From Raja brachyura (taxonomy: Eukaryota), in assembly GCA_963514005.1 (NCBI GenBank), contig OY740782.1:32364001-32428000 (forward strand): a stretch of DNA of 64,000 bases, given 5' to 3'. The notes under the pieces are model-generated. The model was not told the origin of the DNA. It saw nothing but the letters and a program-made list of their open reading frames with translations, and made no database searches. Position numbers and translations under genes: made by a program. Positions 63,389 through 64,000 of the stretch are shown here, piece by piece; the first letter of the stretch is position 1; every line of letters starts with the position of its first letter.

Positions 63389-64000
63389 TAGAAACATAGA
63401 AGCATAGAAATTAGGTGCAGGAGTAGGCCATTCGGCCCTTCGAGCCTGCACCGCCATTCAATTTGATCATGGCTGATCATCCAACTCAGTATCTCATACC
63501 TGCCTTCTCTCCATACCCTCTGATCCCCTTAGCCACAAGGGCCACATCTAACTCCCTCTTAAATATAGCCAATGAACTGGCCTCAACTACCCTCTGTGGC
63601 AGAGAGTTCCAGAGACTCACCACTCTCTGTGTGAAAAAAGTCTTTTTCATCTCAGTCTTAAAGGATTTCCCCCTTATCCTTAAGCTGTGACCCCTTGTCC
63701 TGGACCTCCCCAACATCGGGAACAATCTTCCTGCATTTAGCCTGTCCAACCCCTTAAAAATGTTGTAAGTTTCCATAAGATCCCCTCTCAATCTCCTAAA
63801 TTCTAGAGAGTATAAACCGAGTCTATCCAGTCTTTCTTCATAAGACAGTCCTGACATCCCAGGAATCAGTCTGGTGAACCTTCTCTGCACTCCCTCTGTG
63901 GCAATAATGTCCTCCCTCAGATTTGGAGACGGGTGTGGTCTCACCAAGACCCTGTACAACTGAAGTAGAACCTCCCTGCTCCTATACTCAAATTCTTTTG
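63389..64000 (-). mobile_element. Young CR1 LINE 3' portion (runs off window)
   Basis: ORF 63486..63959 is near-identical to 59548..59919; tail tagaaacatagaagcatagaaa. Confidence 0.93.

Overview
Repeat-dominated vertebrate genomic DNA. HE1-type V-SINEs and HER1/CR1 LINEs point to a cartilaginous fish, probably a skate or ray (inference). I recognise no host exon, RNA gene or CRISPR array, so the window is probably a long intron or intergenic. It holds two full-length but coding-decayed DIRS1-type tyrosine-recombinase retrotransposons (4625-11590 +; 36938-41827 -), each with ITRs and an internal complementary region (ICR). The first carries a nested RNase H-encoding I/Nimb-like LINE fragment (13-bp TSD), which in turn carries a 1-kb TIR element (9-bp TSD). 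Also present: many CR1 fragments, Rex/Babar-like LINE relics, V-SINEs, non-autonomous Helitrons with minisatellites, two Harbinger-like MITEs, and short Penelope-derived elements with hammerhead-ribozyme cores. A local inverted duplication (about 11954-13685/15635 versus 35070/36840-42903) preserves the empty integration site of the second DIRS. Most interesting signals: an AATA crossover core at that site, conserved splice signals in both DIRS elements, near-pristine termini plus an extra perfect 40-bp inverted repeat on a coding-dead DIRS, TSD-flanked hammerhead foldbacks, and recurrent templated duplications at CR1 5' junctions. All coordinates and identities were read by eye.
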